Shown: positions 1 to 10,461 of the stretch, piece by piece
Layout: each line of letters starts with the position of its first letter
How positions within the stretch are numbered: position 1 is the first letter of the stretch
Origin: Selaginella moellendorffii
Lineage: Eukaryota; Plantae; Lycopodiophyta
NCBI RefSeq assembly: GCF_000143415.4
Contig: NW_003314492.1
Coordinates: forward strand, 1-30,535
Direction of reading: 5' to 3'
Length of the DNA stretch: 30,535 bases
The notes under the pieces: generated by a model
Databases searched by the model: none
Seen by the model: only the letters and a program-made list of their open reading frames with translations
Told to the model about the DNA's origin: nothing
Position numbers and translations under genes: made by a program

Positions 1-2
1 CC

Positions 3-390
3 GAATCTCACCTGGTAAGACCCAGTAATAAAAAACAAATGATATGGGTGGGGCGCTGCATCATTGATGCAGAGGAGGACGCGGAAACTAACTCCTTCAA
101 TGTAACTGTGGAGTGGTTCAAGCCAAGTTCCGGATATACGAAGGATTGCCTAGAAAAGAGATGGGTGCTGAATCCAAGGGATCCCAGCATGAGCATATCG
201 GTGGATAATGTTGTGCATGGTTGGATGCGGAAGCAGAGTGCCACCATCACCTTGCCAGACCATGCAAGAGATGCAGCAAGAGCATTCATAACCCGGGTTC
301 AAGGTGAGATTCATTAATATTCCTTTACTAAGTTTCTAATGTATTTTATTTCAAGGTGAACAATCCGAATCTGAATCAGAGGAGGCGTGA
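3..390 (+). CDS. 3' end of an unidentified spliced gene (possibly TE-associated); exons <3-303, 356-390
   Basis: The frame is open from the window edge (ESHLVRPSNKKQMIWVGRC...). A 52-nt GT-AG intron (304-355, AG|GTGAG...TCAAG) joins in frame to GEQSESESEEA*. No family recognised. Confidence 0.5.
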
Positions 391-1014
391 TGGCATGTGG
401 CCCTTTGCACTAGTATATCTTAATACCGGTCTGAGAAATAGAATGGCATGTGCCCTCAGGCCTTTTACTAAATCACCTTTGAAAGAAATGCAAGCCTCTA
501 TGTCGTAAAAAAAAGGTACTAGAGAAATTCCTTAATAATATGAATGTTATTTAGTTTCATGAAAATACACTAAGGGTCAAATGAGTTAAATGACTTCTCC
601 AGACTAGCAATGCCTCTTGCTACACCTTCACAATTAGATTCGTTAGAAAAAGATAACATTGAATAATATCTAAATGTTCTCACCATTAAGTTATATGTCT
701 GGCTAATAGGAATGACGTTCATCTTGGAAAGCTCACCACATGCTCAATGAACAAACAAATAGTGTGTGCGCGCATGCCATCGCTCTTCTTTAGCTTCAGA
801 TTCGGCTTGTTCACCTTGACAATGAGATTTATTATACAACCAAATGGACTCAGTCTGGACACAAAGTCACCGCGCTAGTCACCATGCCCTAGATATGTCT
901 AGCCCCTGGACAAAAAACATATAATTTCACGTCATTTTCAAATACTTGAAAATTTGTACCTAGTCCCATTTTACTGAATAAATCCCACTTTAACGAAATA
1001 GAGCTTATAGACCC

Positions 1015-1185
1015 AAGATGGAGTCCGAGATGGAGTCCAAAATGGATCTGAGATGGAGTCCGAAATGGAGTCCGAGATGGATCTGAGATAGAGTCTGAGA
1101 TGGAATCTGAGATGGACTTGAGATGGAGTCCGAGATGGAATCAAGACCGAAACTGAGACCCAGTCCGAGTCCAAGTCCAAGTTCG
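1015..1185 (+). repeat. Degenerate 11-12 bp tandem repeat (consensus GAGATGGAGTCC), about 11 units decaying into GAGTCC hexamers
   Basis: Visible units include aagatggagtcc, gagatggagtcc, aaaatggatctg, gaaatggagtcc and gagatggaatct. Confidence 0.9.
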
Positions 1186-2678
1186 AATACTAATACAGGC
1201 TATTGGGTGAAAGCCCAAAGCAATCGTTCCCTTGGGGGGGGGGAGCCTATAGGGGGTTCCAAAAGTATAGTAGGGAGAGTGTGGAGTTGGACCTAGTGGA
1301 GCCAATTTGGAGCTAGTTTGGCCTAGGAAGGATGTACCCAAGTGTTGGGTGATAGGATAACCACTAGGAAGTCTAAGGCTAGAGTGAATACGGAGTATCA
1401 AATGGGGTAACTTAATGAGGTGTTCAAGAGCCAGCTCTAGTTCCCCTGGGAGATTGAATGGTCAATGCTCCCAGTTCAAGTGTGAGTGGCACTACCTACT
1501 TGGATACTTAGTATGGCTCAACAGAACCTCGCTCTAAGCCCATGGCTAGAGCATCCAAAGGTGGAAGGTGGGGAGAGTACCCATGAGGCTTGTGTAAGGC
1601 CATGGTGTTCCGAAATGTTGTCCCAAAGTCCCAGACTGTGAAAAAAAGAGGAGTAGTCCTTTAGTGCAGTGACTAAAGATATGGTCACACAGTGAGGAAT
1701 CCCTAGAGGACAATGGGACTTAGAGGTCGGGCTTACAAGCCTTGTATTAATGGCAGAAACACGGCCATGGGGCAAAAGGGATTTAGTGGGGACTAAAACA
1801 GGGATATTGGGGAAGATTGTTCTCCATATCTGTGGGCATCCTAAAGATGTTAAAGAGTGGATATACGATGATCACTCATGGATAGATGGCCAAGTCTTAA
1901 AGAGACAGGACTATGATACATGTGGTATTGGACCACTGAATCTGGCGACGGAGCCTGGGCCTGGTCTTTAGCGAAACGCGCAAAGATGTCGGTGGTACCT
2001 TCGAGTGCCGGATCTGGCATCTAGCACGTGTGGCACTTGTACCAAGTGCAAAAGTCAAGTGTGCCTGGATGCCATTCTCGGGGCTAGCAAGCCCCAAAAT
2101 CGCTGAATTGGACTTATGGAGGTAGTAAATTAGACTCCTCCAAGTGGTTGAAGGTGTGGTTAAATGACTAAAGTAGAATGGAAAAATTAATCACTATTTT
2201 TATTCATAAACCCTTTCTCTTTATATTTGAACTACAATTGTTTGAGGGCATGAATGGAAGTTAAGAGGGCTCTCAACTCTCTAAACACCCTACTTCTTAA
2301 ATCTAACCCAACCAAAAAAAATTAAATTGCTAGATATCAATATTAATGATTCTTCTAACCAACTAATATAGTCAAATTTGAGACCTCTTTAATACCAAAT
2401 ATAAACTCATGAAATCAAAATTCCTAAAAGGACATAAAGCTTAATACTATTTAAACTCAAAAAACATGTAATCCTAAAATTTTTAAGACCTCTGCTAGAT
2501 GCATATGCCTAGGTGGGGCACCTTTAACTGAATAAAAAAAAATGCATTTTTATTTATGAACACCTTCCCTTCATATTTTGAACCATAATAAATTGTTTTT
2601 CAAATTGTTCTTTTTAGTGACTTACACAAAATAATGTAGTGTCAAATTTATAACATCTATAAAACAACACTCCCGTCA

Positions 2679-2748
2679 GTGGCACTTGTAGTGGAGCATA
2701 GGGTGGTGAGTTTACCACATGCTCCAAGCATCTACATAGGTGGCACTT
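2679..2748. repeat. 52-bp hairpin segment between 9-bp direct repeats (possible MITE/Mutator-like remnant)
   Basis: GTGGCACTT occurs at 2679-2687 and 2740-2748. Internal inverted arms are TGGAGCAT/ATGCTCCA and GTGGT/ACCAC. Confidence 0.5.
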
Positions 2749-3027
2749 AAGAGAAATCTTTTGCCAAAATACATTAATAATGGCTAACTATCAAAATGTT
2801 TGAGCTTATTTTATCCGATTCACATTTACGTTTTTTTAGAATGTTGCAGTTTATAGTAAAGCAATATAGCTTTAGAAATCATAAAATTTAGAAACTTTGA
2901 CTTAGGTACTTATATATTTCAATATTTTAAAGTTAATCTTAGGTTTTCTTTTTATAATTTGACAAACTCATAGGCTTGCTGTGTCAGCAGATGCCAAGTC
3001 AAGATATTCTAGGGAATCTAAAGAATA

Positions 3028-3618
3028 TTGCTGGGTGACGCTCTTATCACCCCCCTCGACAAAATCGGCAGCTTGAAGGGGAGCTTCATGGAAGAAGTGG
3101 GAAGGATTGCAGAAGCTAATGCTAGCCCTGGCAGAGAAGCATTGAGGCTTGTCGAAGTGCTGATTACGCCTTTCACTTTTGTGGCTTCTACATGCCTCCA
3201 ATCTGGAATCTCCCTCATCAAAGAAGATGCAACGCCAGTGGAAAAGGGGCGCTGCTTCCACTTTCTTCTCGCTGCAGCCATCTCAGTGATTGGATTAGCA
3301 TGGTGTCTAATAGCGATCGGTGAGAATGAACAAGGAAACACTTCTGAGGTCAAAAAGCTCATGATCTCTATTTGGATGATCTTCTTTATGAGCTTGTCCG
3401 TGATGATGACACCACTCTTTTTCAGCCTCCTCTACATTGTCTACGACGTTAGCAACATGATCGCAACGTGGTCAACCGTGGGTGCATTTTTACTTCTTGG
3501 AATTCTAATCTTCGTTACTTCCTTGAAAAAGTTGTTCCAAAGGATTCCACTGAGAGGAACTATTTTCGCCATCATCTTTCTTGCTAATGGGTATGGGTAC
3601 AGTCTATACAAAAAGTGA
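3028..3618 (+). CDS. Multi-pass membrane ORF of unknown family (start uncertain, possibly a pseudogene)
   Basis: 196-aa frame with no ATG at its start (first ATG at 3088) and several hydrophobic segments (FLLAAAISVIGLAWCLIAIG, IWMIFFMSLSVMMTPLFFSLLYIV, VGAFLLLGILIFV). A paralogous inverted copy lies at 4670-4875. Confidence 0.45.
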   Translation: MLGDALITPLDKIGSLKGSFMEEVGRIAEANASPGREALRLVEVLITPFTFVASTCLQSGISLIKEDATPVEKGRCFHFLLAAAISVIGLAWCLIAIGENEQGNTSEVKKLMISIWMIFFMSLSVMMTPLFFSLLYIVYDVSNMIATWSTVGAFLLLGILIFVTSLKKLFQRIPLRGTIFAIIFLANGYGYSLYKK

Positions 3619-4279
3619 AGAAAGAACACAAGAATTCCATTTCGTGTGGTAATCGCCTACAAAAAGTGTAAAAGAATTTCATTTCTTGTGGTAAAACATC
3701 CAAAAGCTTTTGTTTGTTCTAACTAGCAAGTCGCTGTCTCTCCCTGCGTTGGAGGATTCTTCTTGCTCTTGGATTTCTTGTCCTTTCTCCGCTTCTCCTT
3801 CACGTCCACCCAGGTGGAATCGGGGCCGTGATCGTCCGCCACCGCTGACGAGCTTGCCTGGCTGTGCCCGCGCTTGAGGAGCGTCGCCCTCCTTGGCTTC
3901 GCGTCTTTGGAGTGACGCGGACTCGAGTGGCGTGGAAAACTCCTCCGACGGCGTCTGATCTCATCAAAGCGAGTGAAAGTCACGACTGGCATGGTGCCAA
4001 GTCAAGAATTGATAGCAGGGGCGGAGGGAGGAAGATGGTGAGGAGGTGGAAATTTTGAAACTGCATGCCTTGCATTACATAATGTCTCATGCTTCTCGAT
4101 GTAGAAACAGAAGAGAGATAGATAGATAGTTCGTGGGCTGCAGCAACACCACGAGTGGGCGGCGGCGCCACCAGCGGCGCCGTTGGGCATAGATCACGGT
4201 GGTGCTTTCTCTCCTCCTCCTGACAGCCTCCAGCGCCTTGACCTTGTCCACTCTCCAAAGGCCACTCCACGCATCACGC

Positions 4280-4875
4280 TTACAAGCCCTGGCGCAGTGG
4301 TGCTCTGCCGATTGGAGTAGAGGCCGCCATGGATTCTCCCGCAAGGGCCTCAAAGTCAACTGGTAAGATTATCTTTCTTCTTCGTTTTTTCTCTAGATTT
4401 TGTTCTTGCCTGTATAGGTGCATCCAAAACAGCCAAGTTCTTGGCATATCACCCAGATGATCCGTGGATGTGAGCTCGATTTGCAGTTGTTCGCGGATTT
4501 TGCTCACGTTGGGGACGACGACGGCATTTTTGCTGGTGTGGTTCCAGGTATTTAAAAACTTGTATAGTTCATTTCGAGCTTGGGAAGTTTTCTCTTCACT
4601 TTTTCTTGATGGAGATGTTCCTTTGCTATGGAAGGATTGCCAGAAGCGTGGATGCTCAGTAGCCTGATTTAGACACCATGCCATACTGAGAAAGAAGTGG
4701 AAGCAACGCCCGTTTTCCGCTGCCATTGCATTCTCTTTGATTATGGAGATTGCCGACTCGAGGCAGGCAGGCCACAAAAGCGAAAGGCGTAATCAGCAAT
4801 TTTGAAACTCAAAAGTGATCAACATTACATATTCTTTAGATTCCCTGGAATGCCTTGACTCGGCATTTGCTGCAC
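4280..4875 (-). pseudogene. Inverted, frameshifted paralog of the 5' half of the 2980-3310 locus, fused to unrelated sequence
   Basis: CLESAISIIKENAMAAENGRCFHFFL aligns with CLQSGISLIKEDATPVEKGRCFHFLL, and ANAESRHSRESKEY aligns with ADAKSRYSRESKEY. Confidence 0.6.
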
Positions 4876-5032
4876 ACAAGTGACACAAGGTGTTCTGCAA
4901 CTTGCCACGATAAATAATCATATGTATGTTTTGTTCATACAAGTCAAGCTGATTCTGACATTTTGCTACATGAATAGCAACGGGAAACAAAACTTCGTGA
5001 TAAAACCAAATGGCAATTGAACATCTTTGATT

Positions 5033-5315
5033 TTATATGGGGATTTCATAATTTAGAAATAATTTCTTTGTGATTGGTCTTACATAATCCTGCAAGGTTG
5101 GTAGGCTGCTCGCTAGTGTTCTTACGATAAGCAGTTGCTCCACAGTCAGCCTCTTGCCCGGATCAACCTCCAACATCCAAATGATCAAACCCTGAGCCTC
5201 CCTCGACACACCCACGCTGTCTAAGGTATTCTGAGAACGGAACACTTCCCGGACAAGCTCATAGAGAATGAGCTCGAGGCCCCACAGAACCACATCTTGA
5301 GTGTAGTTGCTTGGC
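5033..5315 (-). pseudogene. Ser/Thr protein kinase C-terminal fragment (subdomains IX-XI, CAMK/CDPK-like), degenerate and truncated by a gap
   Basis: DVVLWGLELILYEL resembles D(V/I)WSxGVILYxL. VSREAQGLIIWMLEVDPGKRLTVEQLL resembles SxEAKDLIxxMLxxDPxxRLTAxQxL. Confidence 0.65.
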
Positions 5316-5640
5316 NNNNNNNNNNNNNNNNNNNNNNNNNNNNNNNNNNNNNNNNNNNNNNNNNNNNNNNNNNNNNNNNNNNNNNNNNNNNNNNNNNNNN
5401 NNNNNNNNNNNNNNNNNNNNNNNNNNNNNNNNNNNNNNNNNNNNNNNNNTTTGAGAAAACTATTAAGTTTCACTGTCTAGAGTTTGAAAGATTATGTAAT
5501 TTGAATATTTTAAGATATTATACATCTAATAAACATTGTTTATAAATTATTAATATAATTTATAAAACTAATAGTATTGTATAGACTCTTGCCAAATTAT
5601 TTTATTGTTGTTAATAATAAACTCTTAGGGTTTCAGGGCC

Positions 5641-6120
5641 ATGGTGAGGTTGAGCTCGCTCAACGATGCTGCGCGGCTGGGCAGGAAGAATGCGGTGATC
5701 AGGCCGTCGTCCAATCTGGTACTGAGGTTCCTGGAGGTGATGAAGAAGCAAGGTATGGGGATCGGATCGCTTTGGGTGATTGGAGTGTTTCCATGTCGAA
5801 GCAGGGTTTGTGGAAAATTTCCAGAGGCACGGCGGACACACTCCAGGGCACATCACCGTCGAGATCACGGACAAGCTCAAGAAATGCGTGCTGCTGTCGC
5901 AGCGATTTGATACGAAGTCGCGCAGGATCGATGCGTGGGCGAGACAAATTCTCCCAGCTCCAGAGGTAGAATAAGAAGTATGAATTTTCTTTATGCTAAA
6001 ATCCTTTTTTGTTCTTGGAAGGTTGGTCACCTTGTGATCACGAATTTCCTGGGTGTCATGGATCACCGAGAAGCCAAGAAAAAGAACCTTGGTGGCCGGA
6101 TTTTGGGATACTTCTACTGA
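5641..6120 (+). CDS. RPS15A: Divergent 40S ribosomal protein S15a (uS8 family), 123 aa; exons 5641-5752, 5805-5965, 6022-6120
   Basis: Spliced product: MVRLSSLNDAARLGRKNAVIRPSSNLVLRFLEVMKKQGFVENFQ...KKCVLLSQRFD...QILPAPEVGHLVITNFLGVMDHREAKKKNLGGRILGYFY*. It matches the S15a motifs IRPSS and MDHxEA..GG.LGFFY. Two GT-AG introns (52 and 56 nt) keep the frame. Confidence 0.9.
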
Positions 6121-6193
6121 TTTGGGATCGAATTTTCTGTGGCAAGATCGAGGGAGCTTTGGATCAATCGGAGGGACAAAAACCCCAGCTTTC

Positions 6194-7818
6194 TCAAGCA
6201 AAGTTTGTGAGGACTTTTTTCACGAGATGTTCACCGTAGACGACTGGCTTCTCCTCCTCCTTAGAGTTTCCAAGACAAAAACTTAAAGGCTCCACCTTTG
6301 TATCGAAATTTGGCTGGAAAAGAAAAAAGTTTGTCAAAAGTACACACCAAAAACTTTAACCTCGTAGAAAAANNNNNNNNNNNNNNNNNNNNNNNNNNNN
6401 NNNNNNNNNNNNNNNNNNNNNNNNNNNNNNNNNNNNNNNNNNNNNNNNNNNNNNNNNNNNNNNNNNNNNNNNNNNNNNNNNNNNNNNNNNNNNNNNNNNN
6501 NNNNNNNNNNNNNNNNNNNNNNNNNNNNNNNNNNNNNNNNNNNNNNNNNNNNNNNNNNNNNNNNNNNNNNNNNNNNNNNNNNNNNNNNNNNNNNNNNNNN
6601 NNNNNNNNNNNNNNNNNNNNNNNNNNNNNNNNNNNNNNNNNNNNNNNNNNNNNNNNNNNNNNNNNNNNNNNNNNNNNNNNNNNNNNNNNNNNNNNNNNNN
6701 NNNNNNNNNNNNNNNNNNNNNNNNNNNNNNNNNNNNNNNNNNNNNNNNNNNNNNNNNNNNNNNNNNNNNNNNNNNNNNNNNNNNNNNNNNNNNNNNNNNN
6801 NNNNNNNNNNNNNNNNNNNNNNNNNNNNNNNNNNNNNNNNNNNNNNNNNNNNNNNNNNNNNNNNNNNNNNNNNNNAATCTTTCGGAGGATAACCAATGAC
6901 TCGCAGTATCCAGAATGGATCCCCAGCTCTGGAGGCCTCAAAAGTGTCAGCTTCGCCACCCAAAGCCAGTGCTACCCCTCGGAATATCGCCTTTGACAGT
7001 GCTACAAAGAAAAAGAGAAACGAGAGACATAAACTTTTTGCCAGAAAGAAACTGTTTACCTCGCAATTGATCAACGTAATCCTCCATCACTGCACGAAAA
7101 CGCTTTGGATTCTCTGGCCTACGAGAAGAGAACGAAATGAAACCAAGATTAACTGCTGCTGGAGCTTTCTACCTTGGTGTTTACCATTGGTTTGGACCCA
7201 TCACCGTTTTTGCGAGTTCTAGATCCTGGATCTCTGGTCCAAATTCTCGAAAGTACTGCCAAAGGAGAAATTTCCCTGAGCATGAAAGCTTCGTCAACTT
7301 CAATGGAAACCTTACATCAATGGCTTCGTGACAGTCGTGCATGCCATACGATACGTTTTCTCCAAGCTTTTGGTATCCCCTGGTTGAAAAAAAAAACTAA
7401 GAACGAGGATTTCTACCCAGCTCTTTACCGATAGCCGCTGGAAGGAGTCATCTTGATTCGCATTTTCTCACAGTCTGGAAGCTTGAAAAATTCGTGGCTT
7501 AAACTCCGGACGTCGTCCATAAGCTCCCGAGAGACGCCATGGCCTGTCTGAAAGAAAAAAGGAGCGAGAAATTTGCTTGAATTCCGTGAAAGTAGATCGA
7601 TCGATCGATCGCGAGAGTCTAAATCGTACCGCGTAGAAGAAGCCAATGTTCCTGCAAGCGTGATCGAGCTGCTCGATCACGTCTCTCACATCCGGAAAAG
7701 CGCCAAGGCCGGGATCATCGAATCGCCTCACCAGTGGCTCCACATCTGGAAAAACGCAAGCGTGATAGATGGAAATCTTGCGCGCGCGAGAGGAATTTGG
7801 GAGCGTACCGATTGTAGG
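6194..7818 (-). CDS. 2-oxoglutarate/Fe(II)-dependent dioxygenase, DIN11/2-ODD-C23-like; start and catalytic exons lie in N-gaps
   Basis: Exons: <7818-7809, 7745-7630, 7547-7429, 7379-7316, 7255-7185, 7118-7060, 7001->6877, <6372-6361, 6313-6194. Motifs include LDHACRNIGFFYA|TGHGVS, SGYRGYQKLGENV, HEAID, GPNQWP, GDPFWILRVIGYP, FYEPNFDTKVEPL and VVYGEHLVKKVLTNF*. Confidence 0.9.
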
Positions 7819-8890
7819 NNNNNNNNNNNNNNNNNNNNNNNNNNNNNNNNNNNNNNNNNNNNNNNNNNNNNNNNNNNNNNNNNNNNNNNNNNNNNNNNNN
7901 NNNNNNNNNNNNNNNNNNGCGCCATAGCCAGACGATGCCGCTGAATATGCCCTAGATAGAATATTCGTTATTTTGGTGTCTGTAAGCCCTAATATTAGTT
8001 CCTTTCAACCCTTGTAATGAGGATGAAAATCTCTTTACTAGATTGAGTAATTATTTTGATTAACTAAAGCTACAGATTTTAGTATCTCTTGTTGTCATAG
8101 CTTCTAAGGTGACCTCTAAAACAATCCAAGCTTATCCAGCCTAAGCCTCCATGATGACAACCCAAAACATGTATTATAACTAAGAAATGTACTGCAAACA
8201 GGTGTTTAATTAAAGTATATTTTACTTAATTATTTTAAACTAATCTGATACTGCAAATGCATTGTTTGTGGTCCCAAATTGCTCCTTTTCAGTGAATTAT
8301 TGTCAAAGACAAGCCCATGCCTGGTAGAAACACTGTGATGAGATAGCTGTAAAAGAAAAATAGCCTCAGTGTAAGTTCTGCAAGCCTTACCACAAACTGA
8401 TGTCTGCCACTTAAAAGTACTACTTGGACAAAGTTTCAAATTAAACTCCCACGTGGCATCATCGCCGTCGCCCGTTCTCACACTCAACGGCTGCGATCCG
8501 CCCAGGCGCCAGACTGTTGGTGTCAGTCGTGAAACAGTTTAAAAACAATTTTCCCGCATTAAAAAAGTTTTTTTACTCTTGTTCAAAAACACTGGGACCA
8601 ATAAACTACCCGGGAAAAATCCCGGAAATTTGATTTTCCCCAGTGTGAAAGCGCCCTCTCATATCGTGGGTTTCAGCGTGGCCGTCGGATGGAGGGCATC
8701 GACGGCCAGGATGGGGCCACCGAGGCGGGAAAATAAAGGGCAATGGAGTCTAGTTAGCGTCTCTCGTGTGTTCTTCGAGCGTGTGTGAAAGAGTGAGAGC
8801 ACCGAAAGCTTTGGAGAGAGTTTTCATTGCATGTGAAAGCTCTTGGGGATTTTTATTTCGAGTTCCAGGCTCCAGCAGCGGTGAGGAGGA

Positions 8891-8914
8891 GCGGCGGCGG
8901 CGGCGGCGGCGGCG
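8891..8914 (+). repeat. (GCG)n microsatellite, about 8 units, upstream of the ZF-HD gene
   Basis: gcggcggcggcggcggcggcggcg is directly visible. Confidence 0.85.
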
Positions 8915-9762
8915 CTCGATTTCACGGCGATGGCGCTTGCTCCAGGTGATGCGGTGCTGGATCGATCGATCTAGCCCCGCGTCGTGCAGCCGGCGGGGCT
9001 TGGTAGGAGCCGAATCGCCACTTCGCAAGCGCTGTGTCGGTAATATTAATTGCTGCTGCTGCTCGATCTCTCCTCGTTTGCTTTCTTCCATATTTCGATC
9101 GATCTCTTCCCGCTGTGCTTGATTTCTCGTCGTGCGTCAGTGCTGTGGGGACCAGGAGTGTGGATTTCTTTTTTCTTTCTCTCGCTTTTCTCTCTCAAGT
9201 GATCTAGCCAGTGTTTTAGCTCGATAGTCTCCTCGCAGTTCTTCCAAAACCCTGCCAGTCTTTTTTTTCCTTGACATTCCTCCTCCATACATAACAAATC
9301 TCCCTTCTTTTCCTTCTCTCCTCATCCCTGAGAGTTTAAAAAATCTGGTGTGCCAGTTTCTGTTTGTCTGTCTGCTTCCACTCCCTTCTTCTCTCTCTTC
9401 ATCATCGAAATTCCTGTGCTGCGCTTATCCTAAGCTGGGTTGGCTCTCAAATCTCCTAAGAGGCGGCCTAGCAGCAGCGAACTGGAATCCCACGATCATG
9501 CTCAGACGTGCTGGCAGGAGTAATGTCCGGTGTAGCTAGCTGGGCCGAAGCAGGGAAGAGGGTAGTGAGTAGCTCCTGAGGATGACGAGATCTAGCAGAT
9601 GGCAGGAGGCAGGCAATCTGGAAAGCTTTGGGCACAGGTTATAGACTCGAGAAGATGGTGGCTGTAGCTCAGTGACCGCAAAGTCATCTCTAAAGTTCCA
9701 AGCTAGCACGACTCAGCAGGCAGGTAGCCACTGATCACTCTCGAGGACCACTCTCGAGAGCA

Positions 9763-10461
9763 ATGGATTTGGGTGGCCATGAAGAAGACATTCCCATTCC
9801 AATTTCAGCGCAGTTCAGTGCCGCGGCGATACACGAGACTGCAGCCAAGCTCAAGCTCCTGGCGAGTGGGAATGGAACGCCAGCGGCTCAAGTGGGAAGC
9901 GGCGCTGCAGTCGTAGTCGTCTCCGGAGAGGCGGGGGCGGCGGCGGCGGCGGCAGGGGGTGACAGCAAAAGCAAGCGTCCAGTGAGGTACACGCAGTGCT
10001 TGAAGAACCACGCCGCGGGTATCGGCGGGCACGCTCTGGATGGGTGTGGAGAATTTATGCCGTGCGGAGAGGAAGGGACGCTGGATGCTCTCAAGTGCGC
10101 TGCCTGTGACTGCCACCGCAACTTCCACCGGCGGGAGGTGGAGGGCGAGCCCTCTTGCCTCGAGTGCCACCACCGGAAGGACAAGAAGCGGCTCATGCTG
10201 CCGTCGAGATCAGGGGAGCTGGACGATCAAGGAGTCTACATGCCAAACGCTGGAGGGCCTAATCTCAAAAAGAGGTTTAGGACGAAGTTCACGGGAGACC
10301 AAAAGGAGAGGATGCTGGCATTTGCGGATAAGGTGGGCTGGAAGATCCAGAAGCACGACGAGGCCGAGGTCCAGCAGTTTTGTAACGAGGTGGGCGTCAA
10401 GCGTCACGTCCTCAAGGTGTGGATGCACAACAACAAGCACACGCTGGGGAAGAAGATGTAA
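9763..10461 (+). CDS. Zinc finger-homeodomain (ZF-HD/ZHD) transcription factor, single coding exon, 232 aa
   Basis: ZF-HD dimerisation domain [24 protein letters not shown]...[14 protein letters not shown] and atypical homeodomain KKRFRTKFT...[10 protein letters not shown]. Confidence 0.97.
   Translation: MDLGGHEEDIPIPISAQFSAAAIHETAAKLKLLASGNGTPAAQVGSGAAVVVVSGEAGAAAAAAGGDSKSKRPVRYTQCLKNHAAGIGGHALDGCGEFMPCGEEGTLDALKCAACDCHRNFHRREVEGEPSCLECHHRKDKKRLMLPSRSGELDDQGVYMPNAGGPNLKKRFRTKFTGDQKERMLAFADKVGWKIQKHDEAEVQQFCNEVGVKRHVLKVWMHNNKHTLGKKM

Noticed and set aside
1015-1185. Repeat array as a CRISPR
   Set aside because: There are no unique spacers and no cas genes, the units are 11-12 bp, and the context is eukaryotic.
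4087-4359. WRPLLQS...ACKRDAW as a 3'-5' exonuclease ExoIII or PPR E-motif remnant
   Set aside because: The similarity is too weak to support by eye and needs an HMM search.
5611-6201. 196-aa minus-strand ORF over RPS15a
   Set aside because: It is an antisense shadow spanning introns with no recognisable motif.
6261-7074. Long ORFs of 232-246 aa across the gap
   Set aside because: They are artefacts of translating through Ns. Only the 2-ODD exon parts are real.
8750-9091. 113-aa Arg-rich minus-strand ORF
   Set aside because: The poly-Arg and poly-Gln runs come from GCG and CTG microsatellites in probable ZF-HD leader sequence.
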